From a bacterium (lineage in GTDB: Bacteria > UBA8248), in the NCBI GenBank assembly GCA_965202625.1, contig CBDBBI010000010.1, forward strand, positions 1,902,468-1,966,467: 64,000 nt of DNA, in the 5' to 3' direction. The position numbers and the translations under genes are program-made. Shown one piece after another: positions 39,753 to 53,960 of the stretch; positions within the stretch are counted from its first letter, which is position 1, and every line of letters begins with the position of its first letter. The notes beneath the pieces were generated by a model. The model was not told the DNA's origin. It ran no database searches and saw nothing but the letters and a program-made list of their open reading frames with translations.

Positions 39753-41282
39753 ATGAGAAGGTTTCTCGTAATTCTGACCGCCTTCGCCGTTCTGGCGATC
39801 GGCGCGCCCATGACGGCGGACGCGAAAAGCACCGTCACCATCGCCCTGACGGGCGAGCCGCCGACGATGGACCCGCACCGCGTCTCGAACTTCATCGGCG
39901 CGATGGTCTGGCGCTGGAGCTACGACACCCTTCTTCACTCTGAGACCGGAACGGGCGAGAAAAAGCCATGGCTCGCCACGAAGTGGGTGAAGATATCTCC
40001 CTTGAAAGTGAAGTTTCATCTGAGAAAGGGCGTAAAATTCTCGGACGGCACGCGCTTCACTGCGGAGAACTTCAAATACACCATCAGCCGCATCATGAAG
40101 TCCGCGCGTCAAAGACAATATTTCAAAAACATCGAAAACATCGAAATTCTCGACGACCACACCTTCATTTATCACAACAAGCAGCCCGACGGCGGCATGT
40201 GGAACCGCCTGACCCGCTGGGCCGGGCCCATCAGCCTGAAAACCAAGGGGATGGATCTCGCGCAAATCTCCCGCAACACCTATGGCACGGGTCCCTACAT
40301 CCTGAAATCCTGGACCAAGGGCCAGAGGATGGTGTTCGAGGCGAATCCAAACTGGTGGAACAACAAGAACTTTCCGAAACGGCCGCAGCGCATCATCCTC
40401 CGCCGCATTCGGGAGAGCGCCACACGCGCCAAGGCGCTCCAGACGGGCGAGATCGACGTAGCCTGGGGCATTATGCCGCAGTTCATTCCCCAGCTGGAGA
40501 AAAACCCGAAGACGAAGATCGCCGTCGTCCCCGCCGTGCGCATCATGCACATGGGTTTCTTCACGGGACACGGCGGCCCGATGGCCAACGTCAAGGTGCG
40601 CAAGGCGCTCAACTACGCCATCGACGCAGAGGCGATACGCACGACCATTCTGGGCGGGCGCGCGGATCTGTTCGGACAGATGCTCCACCCATGGAACTAC
40701 TCGGGCTACAACCCGAACAAAAAATGGTACGGCTACGAACCGGCCAAGGCGAAAGCGCTCCTTGAGGAAGCCGGCTACCCCGAAGGCTTCAAGATGGAGA
40801 TCATCGCCACGAACGGCCGCTACCCAGGCGACAAGCCGACTTGCGAGGCCATCGCCGGAATGATCAAAAAAGTCGGCGTAGACGCCTCCTGTAACTCTCA
40901 ACGCTTCCCGCTCTACAAGAAGCTCCACCGCGCCTACAAGGCGGGCAAGAAAAAGGGCGCGGCCGCCTACTACATGGGCTTCGGCAACGGCCAGGGCGAC
41001 TCCACTTCCGTCCTTCGTGGAACGTCGGGCTGCAAAGGCCCCTGGAGCGGCATGTGCTTTGAGGAGCTGGACAAGATGATCGACATGGCCACGGCCGTCG
41101 TCGATCCGCAAAAGCAGCAGGCCGCCTTCGAGTCCGTGACCGACAAGATGAAGGAGTTGGCCACGCACAAGATCGTCGTGAAGATTCACGATGTGCTCGG
41201 CCACAGCTCGAACCTTGAGTGGACTCCGCGCCACGACGAAACCCTCCTGCCATGGGAGATCGGGGTGCTCGGGAGCAACTAG
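39753..41282 (+). CDS. ABC transporter substrate-binding protein, family 5 (peptide/nickel type)
   Basis: Signal peptide 'MRRFLVILTAFAVLAIGAPMTADA'. SBP_bac_5 similarity throughout. RBS 'aaaggagga' before the ATG at 39753. Confidence 0.85.
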   Translation: MRRFLVILTAFAVLAIGAPMTADAKSTVTIALTGEPPTMDPHRVSNFIGAMVWRWSYDTLLHSETGTGEKKPWLATKWVKISPLKVKFHLRKGVKFSDGTRFTAENFKYTISRIMKSARQRQYFKNIENIEILDDHTFIYHNKQPDGGMWNRLTRWAGPISLKTKGMDLAQISRNTYGTGPYILKSWTKGQRMVFEANPNWWNNKNFPKRPQRIILRRIRESATRAKALQTGEIDVAWGIMPQFIPQLEKNPKTKIAVVPAVRIMHMGFFTGHGGPMANVKVRKALNYAIDAEAIRTTILGGRADLFGQMLHPWNYSGYNPNKKWYGYEPAKAKALLEEAGYPEGFKMEIIATNGRYPGDKPTCEAIAGMIKKVGVDASCNSQRFPLYKKLHRAYKAGKKKGAAAYYMGFGNGQGDSTSVLRGTSGCKGPWSGMCFEELDKMIDMATAVVDPQKQQAAFESVTDKMKELATHKIVVKIHDVLGHSSNLEWTPRHDETLLPWEIGVLGSN

Positions 41283-41311
41283 CCAGACGTTTTGTCTTGA
41301 CTTAGTCTCAC

Positions 41312-41350
41312 ACCGCGGGGGGCGCGTTTAGAGCCCCCCGCGGTTTTTTA
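41312..41350 (+). terminator. rho-independent terminator after the SBP gene
   Basis: 12-bp GC stem 'accgcggggggc'/'gccccccgcggt', loop 'gcgtttaga', followed by 'tttttta'. Confidence 0.8.
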
Positions 41351-41452
41351 CGCCCTCCCCAAGGGTTCACGCTTGCAAGTCGGCATTGCGCTTCTCCTTC
41401 TTCGCGCTATAGGTTGCAAGCTATCGGCAAATAACAAAAAAGAGGATCGCGC

Positions 41453-42466
41453 ATGAAATTCGGCATCTTCCTGTCCGCGCAACAGACGCTGGACGCCAAC
41501 CTGATCGACGCCCTCCATGATCAAATCGACCTGATCCGCCTGGTACGCGACAAGGGCTGGAATTCTTTTTTCACCGGTCAGCACTATCTCAGCGAGGGGA
41601 ACGTGCAGCACCTGCAAAACCTCCCTTTTCTGGCGCGCCTCAAGGCGGAGGCGGGCGAAATGACTCTCGGCATCGGCGTCTTGCTCATCAACCTGCACAA
41701 TCCGGTCTATGTGGCGGAGACCGTCGCTACCATGGACGTCATCGCGGAAGGCAACATGGCCTTCGGCGTCGGCCTGGGCTACCGCGACGTGGAGTTCGAC
41801 GCTTTTGGCGTCAGGCGGGGCGAGCGGGTGAAGCGCTTCGTGGACTGCCTGGAGCTGGTGAAGCGCCTTTGGACGGAGGAAGCCGTGTCGTTCGAGAGTG
41901 AATACTGCACGCTCAAGGACGCGCGCCTGAACATGCGCCCCGTGCAAAAGCCCCATCCGCCCATCTGGTTCGCAGCGAACAGCGACCCCGCCGTGCGGCG
42001 GGCGGCGCATCTGGGCGACACGCTCTTCATCAACCCGCACGCCACCACGCGAACCATCGCGCGTCAGATGGACGTCTATCGCAAAGAGCTGGATGCGGTG
42101 GAAAAACCCTTTCCGAAGGAGCTGCCCTGCATGAAGGAGGTTTTTTGCGCCAAGGACAGAAAAACGGCCCTCGCACTCGCCAGCCCCTATCTCGGTCAGA
42201 AATACAGGGACTACGCCCGTTGGGGGCAGGACAGAGCACTGCCCGAAGATGAGACCTTCGATCAGCCGTTTGAGGAATTGCTGAAAGATCGCTTCGTCAT
42301 CGGATCGCCGGAGGATTGCTATGAAGGGCTAAAACCCTACAAGGAAATGGGCGTGAACCACCTCATCATCCGCACGAGCTGGATAGGGATGCCCGCCTCA
42401 TCCGCTCTGGAGAGTGCGCGGCTCATCTCCGATGAACTCATCCCCGCGCTGCGAGAAGGCGGATGA
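41453..42466 (+). CDS. LLM-class flavin-dependent oxidoreductase (luciferase-like monooxygenase)
   Basis: 'MKFGIF' start and TIM-barrel LLM motifs ('GVGLGYRDVEFDAFGV'). Confidence 0.85.
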   Translation: MKFGIFLSAQQTLDANLIDALHDQIDLIRLVRDKGWNSFFTGQHYLSEGNVQHLQNLPFLARLKAEAGEMTLGIGVLLINLHNPVYVAETVATMDVIAEGNMAFGVGLGYRDVEFDAFGVRRGERVKRFVDCLELVKRLWTEEAVSFESEYCTLKDARLNMRPVQKPHPPIWFAANSDPAVRRAAHLGDTLFINPHATTRTIARQMDVYRKELDAVEKPFPKELPCMKEVFCAKDRKTALALASPYLGQKYRDYARWGQDRALPEDETFDQPFEELLKDRFVIGSPEDCYEGLKPYKEMGVNHLIIRTSWIGMPASSALESARLISDELIPALREGG

Positions 42467-42545
42467 TAGGCCAAGAAGGCGGCCCCGCTTCGCGGTTGTT
42501 CATAGGTTCTTCCCCCATATTCTTGAGGACGGGAGAAATCCGAAA

Positions 42546-43223
42546 ATGACTTGCGCGAAACCTATCGAAGCTTGTGCCGTTGACGTGGAGACTACCAGGC
42601 TGGACCCTGGGGGCGACAGGATCGTCACCGCGGGCCTTGCCAGAACCAGAATTGACCCGACCGAGGCGGGGGCGGAAGTCGAGGCGATGGAAGTCATAGT
42701 GAATCCCGGGATTCCCATTCCTTCAGAGGCTTCCAGCGTGCACGGAATTTGCGACCAAGACGTCAAGGCTCTTGGGCCTTTTGAAGAAGTGGCACAACAA
42801 GTGAGAGATTTCATCGGGAACCGGGCGTTGGTGGGCCACAACGTTTCCTTTGACAAGGCGTTCCTAAACGCTGCGCTCAAAAGAGCCGGCCTGCAAACCC
42901 TGCACAGAAACAAAAGCATCTGCACCATGCAGAAAATGGAAGAACTGAGGGGAGCGTTCGGGGCAGGCTACGTGAGGACCAACCTGGAAAACACGCGTCC
43001 TGGAAGATGCCTTGCTATCGCTTCGGATAGCGGGCTGGTTCGTGAGATACGAAGCGGGAGTCGGGGAATTAAGCAAGAAAAGAATCGAACAAGGCAGGGC
43101 GACAACGGCAATAGGCGGGTTTCTGCTCTCTTTGCTCCCCACGTGAGCAGGCCGTCTCTTTTCCTGCAAGCACGGGAGCCATCGTCCGCGCTTTTTCTAG
43201 CGCAAAGACGCCGGGTTTCCTGA
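42546..43223 (+). CDS. DnaQ-like 3'-5' exonuclease (DEDDh) domain protein
   Basis: Exo I 'AVDVETT', Exo II 'LVGHNVSFDKAFL'. The C-terminal ~70 aa are low-complexity, so the end is uncertain. Confidence 0.6.
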   Translation: MTCAKPIEACAVDVETTRLDPGGDRIVTAGLARTRIDPTEAGAEVEAMEVIVNPGIPIPSEASSVHGICDQDVKALGPFEEVAQQVRDFIGNRALVGHNVSFDKAFLNAALKRAGLQTLHRNKSICTMQKMEELRGAFGAGYVRTNLENTRPGRCLAIASDSGLVREIRSGSRGIKQEKNRTRQGDNGNRRVSALFAPHVSRPSLFLQAREPSSALFLAQRRRVS

Positions 43224-43283
43224 AAGACGAGCGGGGTTCAGGCTTTCGGGCGGAATGCTCCCCCAAACTCCAAGGAGAGACTC

Positions 43284-44474
43284 ATGAGCTCGACGAGAGA
43301 TTATCCTCGCTATCCGGAAGCCGAATACGCACGTCGCTACCGCGAGATCAAAAAAAAGATGCGCGCGCGGGGCATCGACGCGCTTATATTCTATGGCGAC
43401 TCCGGAATGCAGGGCGGCAACCAGGCCAACCTCAAATACGTCACGAACTACAAAGACCCGGTGAGCAGTTTCCTCGTCTTTCCGCTCAAGGGCGCGCCCG
43501 CCCTTTTCATATCGAACCGGCTCTATCTCCCCTACGCCCAAAAGATGAGCGTGATCAAGAAAACCGAAGCTGTTGACTACGAGCCGGGCCCCAAGGTGGA
43601 GAGGCGCATTCGGGAGCTGGGGCTTGAGAAAGCACGCATCGGCCTAGTGGGTTTTCGCGGCATCCTGCCCGTATCCATGCCCTATAGCGTGGTGGATCAT
43701 TGGCAAAAAACCTTGCGGGGAGCGGACTTCACCGACGCCTCGGACATCCTCGCGGAGGTGCGGCTCGTCAAGAGCGCGGAGGAGCGCAAATGGTTCAGGC
43801 GCGGGGCGGGGCTGACGGACCTGGCGTTCGAGGCACTGGAGAGAAAAGCGAAGGCGGGCATGAGCGAGTTCGAGCTCGCCGCCATCATCTCGGGCGCATA
43901 CGTGCCCAGGGGCGGAAGCCCGCAGCTCATCTTCGTGGGTTCGACGTCCATGGCAAGACCGCGCCTGATTTTTCCGAACCAATTCCCCTCCCACCGCAAG
44001 ATCAGAAAAGGCGACGTCGTCCTCACGGAGCTGTCCGCAGACTATGAAATGCACCCGGGCCAGGCGCACCGACCCATCTCCGTGGGCGCCGCGCCAACGC
44101 CCACCTATCAGAAGCTCTACGAGGTAGCCGTTGCGGCCTACGAGCGCATCTTCAAGGCGCTCAAACCGGGCGCCACGCACGAGGACGTCAGGCGAGCGGG
44201 CGGCATCATCAAAGAGGAGGGCTTCACTACCTTCGACACGACCTTTCACGGCTGGGGTCTGCTCATCGAAAACCCCCGAATCGACGTGGACGCCACCATT
44301 CTCCAGCGCCCCCAGAACGCGATCACCTTCGAGGAGGGGATGCTCATGGTGGTTCAACCCAACGTTTGCACGGCGGACGGCAAGCGCGGCCTCCAGGTGG
44401 GAAACCTCGTGGAAATCACCAAAACCGGCGCGTGCGCACTCCAAAAATTCCCCATGAAGTTCATGCGGATATGA
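43284..44474 (+). CDS. M24-family metallopeptidase (Xaa-Pro dipeptidase/creatinase-like)
   Basis: Creatinase_N-like N-terminus and pita-bread C-terminal domain with metal-ligand pattern ('HGWGLLIEN', 'EEGMLMVVQP'). Confidence 0.8.
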   Translation: MSSTRDYPRYPEAEYARRYREIKKKMRARGIDALIFYGDSGMQGGNQANLKYVTNYKDPVSSFLVFPLKGAPALFISNRLYLPYAQKMSVIKKTEAVDYEPGPKVERRIRELGLEKARIGLVGFRGILPVSMPYSVVDHWQKTLRGADFTDASDILAEVRLVKSAEERKWFRRGAGLTDLAFEALERKAKAGMSEFELAAIISGAYVPRGGSPQLIFVGSTSMARPRLIFPNQFPSHRKIRKGDVVLTELSADYEMHPGQAHRPISVGAAPTPTYQKLYEVAVAAYERIFKALKPGATHEDVRRAGGIIKEEGFTTFDTTFHGWGLLIENPRIDVDATILQRPQNAITFEEGMLMVVQPNVCTADGKRGLQVGNLVEITKTGACALQKFPMKFMRI

Positions 44475-44569
44475 CCAGGAAAGAGCGGGGAAAATCGGCT
44501 GCAAACGTCAAGGCGGGAAGCGTTCGCTCCCTCAAACATGAAATAAAAATCTGAAATGTCCTGGTTTAA

Positions 44570-44818
44570 GGTTTTTCTGTTTTTGAATATGGTCCGGGCG
44601 AGATCGAGCTGGAAAAAGGCGACGCCGAAATTGCGGGGCTGATGTTCAACGCATGGTTTGACTCAGGCGCTGACGCGAGCTCTGCCATAGGCGAGAATAC
44701 AGCCCTCGACGCCAGCTACCGGTTTCTGGACACTCGCCATGAGTCCAAATCTAGCACTATAACGTATGAGAAATTCCAGGCCCGCGCATTCGTGCTGGGT
44801 CTCAAGTTCACGTTCTAG
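44570..44818 (+). pseudogene. C-terminal fragment of an outer-membrane beta-barrel protein (no start codon or signal peptide)
   Basis: An 82-codon open frame without Met ends in 'QARAFVLGLKFTF*', the aromatic-terminated last beta-strand typical of OMPs. A stop lies immediately upstream. A hairpin follows at 44829-44870. Confidence 0.35.
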
Positions 44819-44875
44819 CCCGATTCGCACGAAGCCGGCCCTACTGATGCGGGGCCGGCTTTGTGTGTGCATAAA

Positions 44876-45319
44876 TCAATTCGTCGGCATGGCCTTGATT
44901 TTCTCGCGCAAATCCTCAGCCAGTGGAGAACCCATATTTTTCAGATTTTGAAAGTCCGCTAGGGCGGCCGCCCGGTTTCCGGCCATGACGTGGGCGACGC
45001 CTCTGTATTCGAGGGCTGGAGCGTAGGCGGGCTTGATAGAGAGTGCTTTGTCGTAGGCGGCGATGGCGTCCTGCGCCCGGCCCATCATCCGCAAAGAGTA
45101 ACCCAGCATGTTGAAAGCCTGATAATGCTGATCGTCCGCTTCCACGGCTTTCTGAAACAGCGCAGCTGCTTCTTTCCACTCTCCTCGCCGCGCTTTTTCC
45201 TCTCCCTGGGAATAATGCGCTCCGACCAGTTCAGATCCCTGGGGGTCGCCCGCCGGATAGGATGGCACCGCCAGAGCGAGCGTCCCCATGAACGCGAGAA
45301 CGACGGACAAGGTTTTCAT
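44876..45319 (-). CDS. TPR-repeat protein with signal peptide
   Basis: Signal peptide 'MKTLSVVLAFMGTLALA' plus 3-4 TPR-like motifs ('AFNMLGYSLRMMGRAQDAIAAYDKAL'). Confidence 0.7.
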   Translation of the reverse strand: MKTLSVVLAFMGTLALAVPSYPAGDPQGSELVGAHYSQGEEKARRGEWKEAAALFQKAVEADDQHYQAFNMLGYSLRMMGRAQDAIAAYDKALSIKPAYAPALEYRGVAHVMAGNRAAALADFQNLKNMGSPLAEDLREKIKAMPTN

Positions 45320-45455
45320 GGCGTCATCTCCTTATTATTGAAACGACGGCTTTTTAGAAGGCGCGTTCTTGGCGCGCGCTGGGCTTCTCCCGCATGACGA
45401 AAAGGGGCCACCATTCGCCGCTCGGGTCAACGACGGCCCCAAACGGAAATGTCCG

Positions 45456-45881
45456 CTAGCCGCCGAAGCCGCTTTCGTTCGCTACCGAAATACGGGCGAT
45501 GGCGCGTCTCAGGGACAATTCGGCTCGATCGAAGTCCAATCCCTCCTCCGTCCGTCGCCCCTCCATGCGTTCCTGCGCGCGCGCTCGGGATTGGGCCGCG
45601 CGCGCCGCGTCAATGTCTTCGGCCCGCTCAGCACTCTCCGCCAGAATAGTTATTCTGTCGGGTCCCACCTCGGCGTATCCCTCAATGATCGAGACGAAAT
45701 ACCGCGCGCTGCCGGAGCGATAGCTGAGGACCCCGATGCCGAGCTGACAAAGATAGGGGGTGTGCTGAGGCAGGACGCCAAACTCGCCGTAAAACCCAGG
45801 GGCCGTCACCTCGTCCACTTCGGCGGAGACGAGTTTGCGCTCCGGAGTCACGATGTCGAGAATCATCTTGCTTTTGGCCAT
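45456..45881 (-). CDS. atpC: F1Fo ATP synthase subunit epsilon
   Basis: 'ILDIVTPER...VSAEVDEVTAPGFYGEFGVLPQH' epsilon signature, immediately 3' of atpD. Confidence 0.9.
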   Translation of the reverse strand: MAKSKMILDIVTPERKLVSAEVDEVTAPGFYGEFGVLPQHTPYLCQLGIGVLSYRSGSARYFVSIIEGYAEVGPDRITILAESAERAEDIDAARAAQSRARAQERMEGRRTEEGLDFDRAELSLRRAIARISVANESGFGG

Positions 45882-45884
45882 GCG

Positions 45885-48274
<2,390 letters not shown>

Positions 48275-48281
48275 TCTTCAC

Positions 48282-49826
<1,545 letters not shown>

Positions 49827-49868
49827 GAACTGCCCCCTTGATCCTGCAACTGACTCCTGAAAAGAGTG

Positions 49869-50411
49869 TCAATTCTCCATCAACGCATTTCGCATGTTAC
49901 GAAGCTGATTGCTGATGCTGCCGTCCATGACGACGCCGCCCACGCGGCAGACCAGCCCCCCGATGAGTTTCTCGTCCTTCTCCGCCTCGATGAGCACCTC
50001 GGCACCGGTGATCTTGGAGAGTTTCTCGCGCAACTCCTCAAGGACGGCGGCGTCGAGCGCATGCGCCGCGCTCACGTGCGCGCGAACGCGGCCGCGCTTC
50101 TCGTCCGCAAGCTGCTGGTAGCTGCGCGCCATGGCGGACAACTCGCCGATGCGGTCTTTCTCCGCCACCACGCGCACGAAATTCCGAAGCAGCTCGCTCG
50201 CCCCTGAAGAGGCCATAATCTCATCCAGCATCCTCACCCGCACGCTTCTCGCAAAGCGCGGGTTGAGCAAGACGCGCCGCAACTCCTGGTTTCCCTGAAA
50301 CTCCTCCGCTATCTCCGCCAGCGCCTCTCCAGTCTCGTCCAGGACGCCCCGGTTCTCGGCAATTTTCACCAACGCCCGCGCGTAGCGCCGCGCCGCCTCG
50401 CCGCCTATCAC
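49869..50411 (-). CDS. atpH: F1Fo ATP synthase subunit delta (OSCP)
   Basis: 'YARALVKIAE...' OSCP family. Position between the b and alpha subunits. Confidence 0.85.
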   Translation of the reverse strand: MIGGEAARRYARALVKIAENRGVLDETGEALAEIAEEFQGNQELRRVLLNPRFARSVRVRMLDEIMASSGASELLRNFVRVVAEKDRIGELSAMARSYQQLADEKRGRVRAHVSAAHALDAAVLEELREKLSKITGAEVLIEAEKDEKLIGGLVCRVGGVVMDGSISNQLRNMRNALMEN

Positions 50412-51022
50412 AGGGAGCCTCCGTTTCTATGGCCCAGTTTGTCGAGATAGCGCGCAACGAGCCTTTCCCGATCCGCCTCGTTCAATTCCCTCTTGAGCAT
50501 ATCCTCGGCCAGGCGCAAGGCCAGGCTTGCGGCCTGACTTTGCAACGCAGCGCGCGCTTTCGAGATTTCAAGCCCGATGGTCGTCCTCGTTTGCTCAAGC
50601 AGGCGCCGCGCCTGGCTCTCCCGCTCTTCCTCGAGCCTCGTCCGCATCTCCTCGCGCTCGCGCTCGCCCTGCTCGCGCACCCGGAGGATTTCCGCCTCCA
50701 GACCGGCCACCTTGTCCCTCTGCGCGGCAAGCTGTTCTTCCGCTTCCGCGCGCGACGCCTTGGCCTCCTCAAGCGCCCTGCGAACCCCCTCCCTGCGGTC
50801 TTTCAGGAAGTTCTGAATGGGGCGAAAAGCAACCTTGTAAAGGATGGCCACGACGATGAGCGTGTTGATGACCTTGAAGAGTTCTTCGGTGAAACTAAAT
50901 GGCTTGTGATGCGCGCCCGCCTCCGCAGCCCATGCGGATTCGGGCGAAAACAGCGCGGCCGCCACAAACAGAACGGCCAAAAGACTCCAGTGCCACTTAT
51001 CTGAAAACACAGCCTTCGTCAT
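50408..51022 (-). CDS. atpF: F1Fo ATP synthase subunit b
   Basis: Single N-terminal TM helix plus long charged coiled coil. Operon position. Confidence 0.8.
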   Translation of the reverse strand: MTKAVFSDKWHWSLLAVLFVAAALFSPESAWAAEAGAHHKPFSFTEELFKVINTLIVVAILYKVAFRPIQNFLKDRREGVRRALEEAKASRAEAEEQLAAQRDKVAGLEAEILRVREQGEREREEMRTRLEEERESQARRLLEQTRTTIGLEISKARAALQSQAASLALRLAEDMLKRELNEADRERLVARYLDKLGHRNGGSL

Positions 51023-51025
51023 CCT

Positions 51026-51661
51026 TCATCCAATCGCGCGGCCCGCAAGCCTGCTGGCGATCTCGCTCGCCAGATGGACGGCCCTGCCCTCAAGTTCGGA
51101 GGCCACCCATTTCGTCTGCTCCGCGAGAGACTGGCGCGTTTCCTCAATTTCTCGGTTCGTTCTCTCACGCATTTCGTCGATGCGCTCTCGGCTCGCCTCG
51201 CTCATCTCCTGCTGGAGGGCGATGAGGGCTTCCGTGTTCTCCCCTTCAATCTCCGCCAACGAATCTTCGTATTGGCTGACGTAGCCCGCCGTCTCGCTCC
51301 TGCCGCGCTCGGCGGCGCGCCGATCGCCAGAGATCTCCGCATCGCGCGATTCCATGAGGCCCATCAACGGCCTAACCAGAATTTTGTTGAGGATGAAGAG
51401 CAGAACCAGAAAGTTGGCCCACTGCACCACGATGACGACCGGGTTGAGGACGAGCGCGCCGCTTCCGATGTTGAAGCCGGCGAGCCAGCTGTCCGCCGCT
51501 CCGCCCGCCGCCCAGGATGCGGACGGCGCGATGAGCAACGCGGGAATCATCAACGCCAAACCACGCGCAAGGCGCTTGAAACGAACAAGGTGGAACATCT
51601 CTTCCTTTCCGCCACGTTCCGCATCGGACATGAAGCCACCCCCCATGAGATGCAGGCGCAT
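51026..51661 (-). CDS. F1Fo ATP synthase subunit b' (second b-type subunit)
   Basis: Second b-like protein (TM helix plus E/R-rich coiled coil) directly upstream of atpF. Start codon uncertain. Confidence 0.7.
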   Translation of the reverse strand: MRLHLMGGGFMSDAERGGKEEMFHLVRFKRLARGLALMIPALLIAPSASWAAGGAADSWLAGFNIGSGALVLNPVVIVVQWANFLVLLFILNKILVRPLMGLMESRDAEISGDRRAAERGRSETAGYVSQYEDSLAEIEGENTEALIALQQEMSEASRERIDEMRERTNREIEETRQSLAEQTKWVASELEGRAVHLASEIASRLAGRAIG

Positions 51662-51907
51662 CAGTCAAAACTTTTTGGGAATGGCGCATGAAGTCGCTGC
51701 GTCTCTCAGGGCGGGGTTTGACGTCCGCCGCCGAGAAAACGCCTCAACCTACCCACAGCCATGGTGGAAGTCAAGCCCTCGCGGGATTTTTTGCCGCCTC
51801 CTGAACTAGCGCTTTGAGGGTGCGCGGGGGAGTTGTGCTATTTTACGGAGAGGATGAGCAGCTTTCACTGTCGCCGATCTTCTTTATGAGGAGCGAAGAG
51901 GAGCGAA

Positions 51908-52900
51908 ATGAAATTCGTCACGTTTGAAGTTGCCACTCCCTTGGGAAAGGTCTCGCGCGTAGGCGCCCTGGGGCAGAGGCGCGATCGGCAAATTGTGCTC
52001 GACCTCGCTCACGGCTACGCCGCGCTCCTTCGTGAGGAAGGAGGAGAGCCCCGCTTTCGCGAATACGCTGACTTCAGACTGCCCCAGGACATGTGCGAAC
52101 TCATGGCGGGCGGCGCGCCCTCCCTGGACGCCGCCCGTGCGGCGCAGGAGTTCATTCTGGCGGACGCCGCCCGACGCGGGCCAGACGGAGAACAGCTCGC
52201 CTTCTCTCTCGAGGAGGCGCGCCTGTGCCCGCCGGTGCCCCGCCCCGTCTCGTTTCGCGATTTTCTGATACACGAAGGACACAAGGCGGCGGGTGCGCGA
52301 CGGCGCAACACCGCCATCGACCCCGTCTGGTACGAGCTGCCCTCCTGCTACAAGGGAAACCGCCTCTCCATCATCGGCCCCGAGGATGCGCTCCCGTGGC
52401 CGCGCTACACGGAGAAACTCGACTATGAGCTGGAGATCGCCATGTTCATCGGAAAGCGCGGCAAGGACATTCGGTGCGAAGACGCCATGGGCCACGTTTT
52501 TGGCTTCAGCGCGCTTAACGACTTCAGCGCGCGCGACGTCCAGATGAAGGAGATGAAAAACTGGCTGGGGCCCCACAAGGGAAAGGATTTTGGCACGGCG
52601 ATCGGTCCGTGCATCGTCACGCCGGACGAATTCGACCCCACCGAAGCGGTGATGATCGCTCGCGTCAACGGCGAGGAATGGAGCCGGGGCAACGCAGGCG
52701 ACGCCTACTATTCCTGGGACAGAATGATCGAATATGCTTCCATGGAAGAGGATCTCATTCCGGGCGAGATGTTCGGCTCCGGCACGGTGGCCACCGGCTG
52801 CGGGGCGGACTTGGACAGATGGATACGGCCGGGCGACGTCATTGAACTCGAAATCGAGGGGATCGGCATTTTGAAGAACACGATCGTGAGAGACGCCTAG
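51908..52900 (+). CDS. fumarylacetoacetate hydrolase (FAH) family protein (second copy)
   Basis: 'LDYELEIAMFIGK', 'NDFSARD', 'GEMFGSGT'. Confidence 0.85.
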   Translation: MKFVTFEVATPLGKVSRVGALGQRRDRQIVLDLAHGYAALLREEGGEPRFREYADFRLPQDMCELMAGGAPSLDAARAAQEFILADAARRGPDGEQLAFSLEEARLCPPVPRPVSFRDFLIHEGHKAAGARRRNTAIDPVWYELPSCYKGNRLSIIGPEDALPWPRYTEKLDYELEIAMFIGKRGKDIRCEDAMGHVFGFSALNDFSARDVQMKEMKNWLGPHKGKDFGTAIGPCIVTPDEFDPTEAVMIARVNGEEWSRGNAGDAYYSWDRMIEYASMEEDLIPGEMFGSGTVATGCGADLDRWIRPGDVIELEIEGIGILKNTIVRDA

Positions 52901-53066
52901 CCTCCAGCCGGCCATCCCGGCAGCCTCACCCCCCCCTTGTTTCAGACGAGGCCATCGCCGGGCGCACATTTCGTCTCCTCCCGCGTCTTTTCAGAGGACG
53001 TGATTTTCCTTACCCCGAGAAGATGAAATACAATGCGTGACACGCCACCCCCGAGAGAGGACGGCC

Positions 53067-53843
53067 ATGCCATACGAAAACGTATTATATGAAGTCGATG
53101 GGCCCCTCGCCCTCATCACCATCAACCGCCCCGAACGACACAACGCCGTATCCCTGGCCACGCTGGACGACCTCCACGCCGCCATCGCCGAGGCGGCCGA
53201 GGATGCGGCCGTACGCGCCATCGCCATCACCGGGGCGGGCGAGAAAGCGTTCGCCTCCGGCTCGGACTTGCAGGAGGTCGAACATCGAAACCTCCAAATC
53301 GCGCTCACCCCCCTGGTGCAAGGGGTGGCGGAGCGCCTCGAGAGAACGCCAAAGGCGACCATCGCGGCGATCAACGGCTACTGCATGGGGGGCGGTCTCG
53401 AAGTAGCGCTGGGCTGCGATCTGCGGGTTGCGACGCCCCGTTCAAAATTCGCCACGCCGGAGGGGAGAATCGGCATCATCCCCGGCGGCGGCGCCACGCA
53501 GCGTCTTCCCCGCCTCATCGGGCGCGCCTGGGCGCTAGAGATGCTCTTGATGGGAGAGACCATCGACGCGAAGCGCGCGCTCGATATCGGCCTCATCACC
53601 CGCCTGGTCGAAGCCGGCGAACTCATGCCCACCGTCAAGAGGATGGCCAGGAAGCTGGCGGGCTATGCGCCCTTCGTTCCCCAGTTCATGAAGGCCATGG
53701 TGCACTGCGGCATGGAGGGCGGCATGGCGGCGGGTCTGGCGCTGGAGAAGTTCGCACAGGGCGCGCTTTGCGAAACCGAGGACAAGGCGGAGGGGCTCCG
53801 CGCCTTTCTGGAGAAAAGAAAGCCGCAATGGAAGGGCAGATGA
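53067..53843 (+). CDS. enoyl-CoA hydratase/isomerase (crotonase) family protein
   Basis: 'AINGYCMGGGLEVALGCDLRVA' crotonase oxyanion-hole region. ATG at 53067 verified. Confidence 0.85.
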   Translation: MPYENVLYEVDGPLALITINRPERHNAVSLATLDDLHAAIAEAAEDAAVRAIAITGAGEKAFASGSDLQEVEHRNLQIALTPLVQGVAERLERTPKATIAAINGYCMGGGLEVALGCDLRVATPRSKFATPEGRIGIIPGGGATQRLPRLIGRAWALEMLLMGETIDAKRALDIGLITRLVEAGELMPTVKRMARKLAGYAPFVPQFMKAMVHCGMEGGMAAGLALEKFAQGALCETEDKAEGLRAFLEKRKPQWKGR

Positions 53844-53960
53844 CATGAGAGCCAAAGCCCTGGGCGTCCTGAAGGCCTGCGTCTGCGCCGAGAACAGGGT
53901 GGCGCGCGCCGGAGATGATGCTTTGACGTTGAAAGCAAACAAACACAGAGGAGCCAAAAG

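Noticed and set aside
39732-41234. 500-aa minus-strand ORF antisense to the ABC substrate-binding protein
   Set aside because: Antisense artefact. The + strand gene has a signal peptide, RBS, full SBP_bac_5 similarity and a downstream terminator.
41370-41430. Repeated 'ttgcaag' hexamers upstream of the LLM gene as a possible sigma54 (-12 TTGCA) promoter
   Set aside because: No GG-containing -24 element (TGGCAC-like) at the required 10-11 nt spacing was found, so the resemblance is probably fortuitous.
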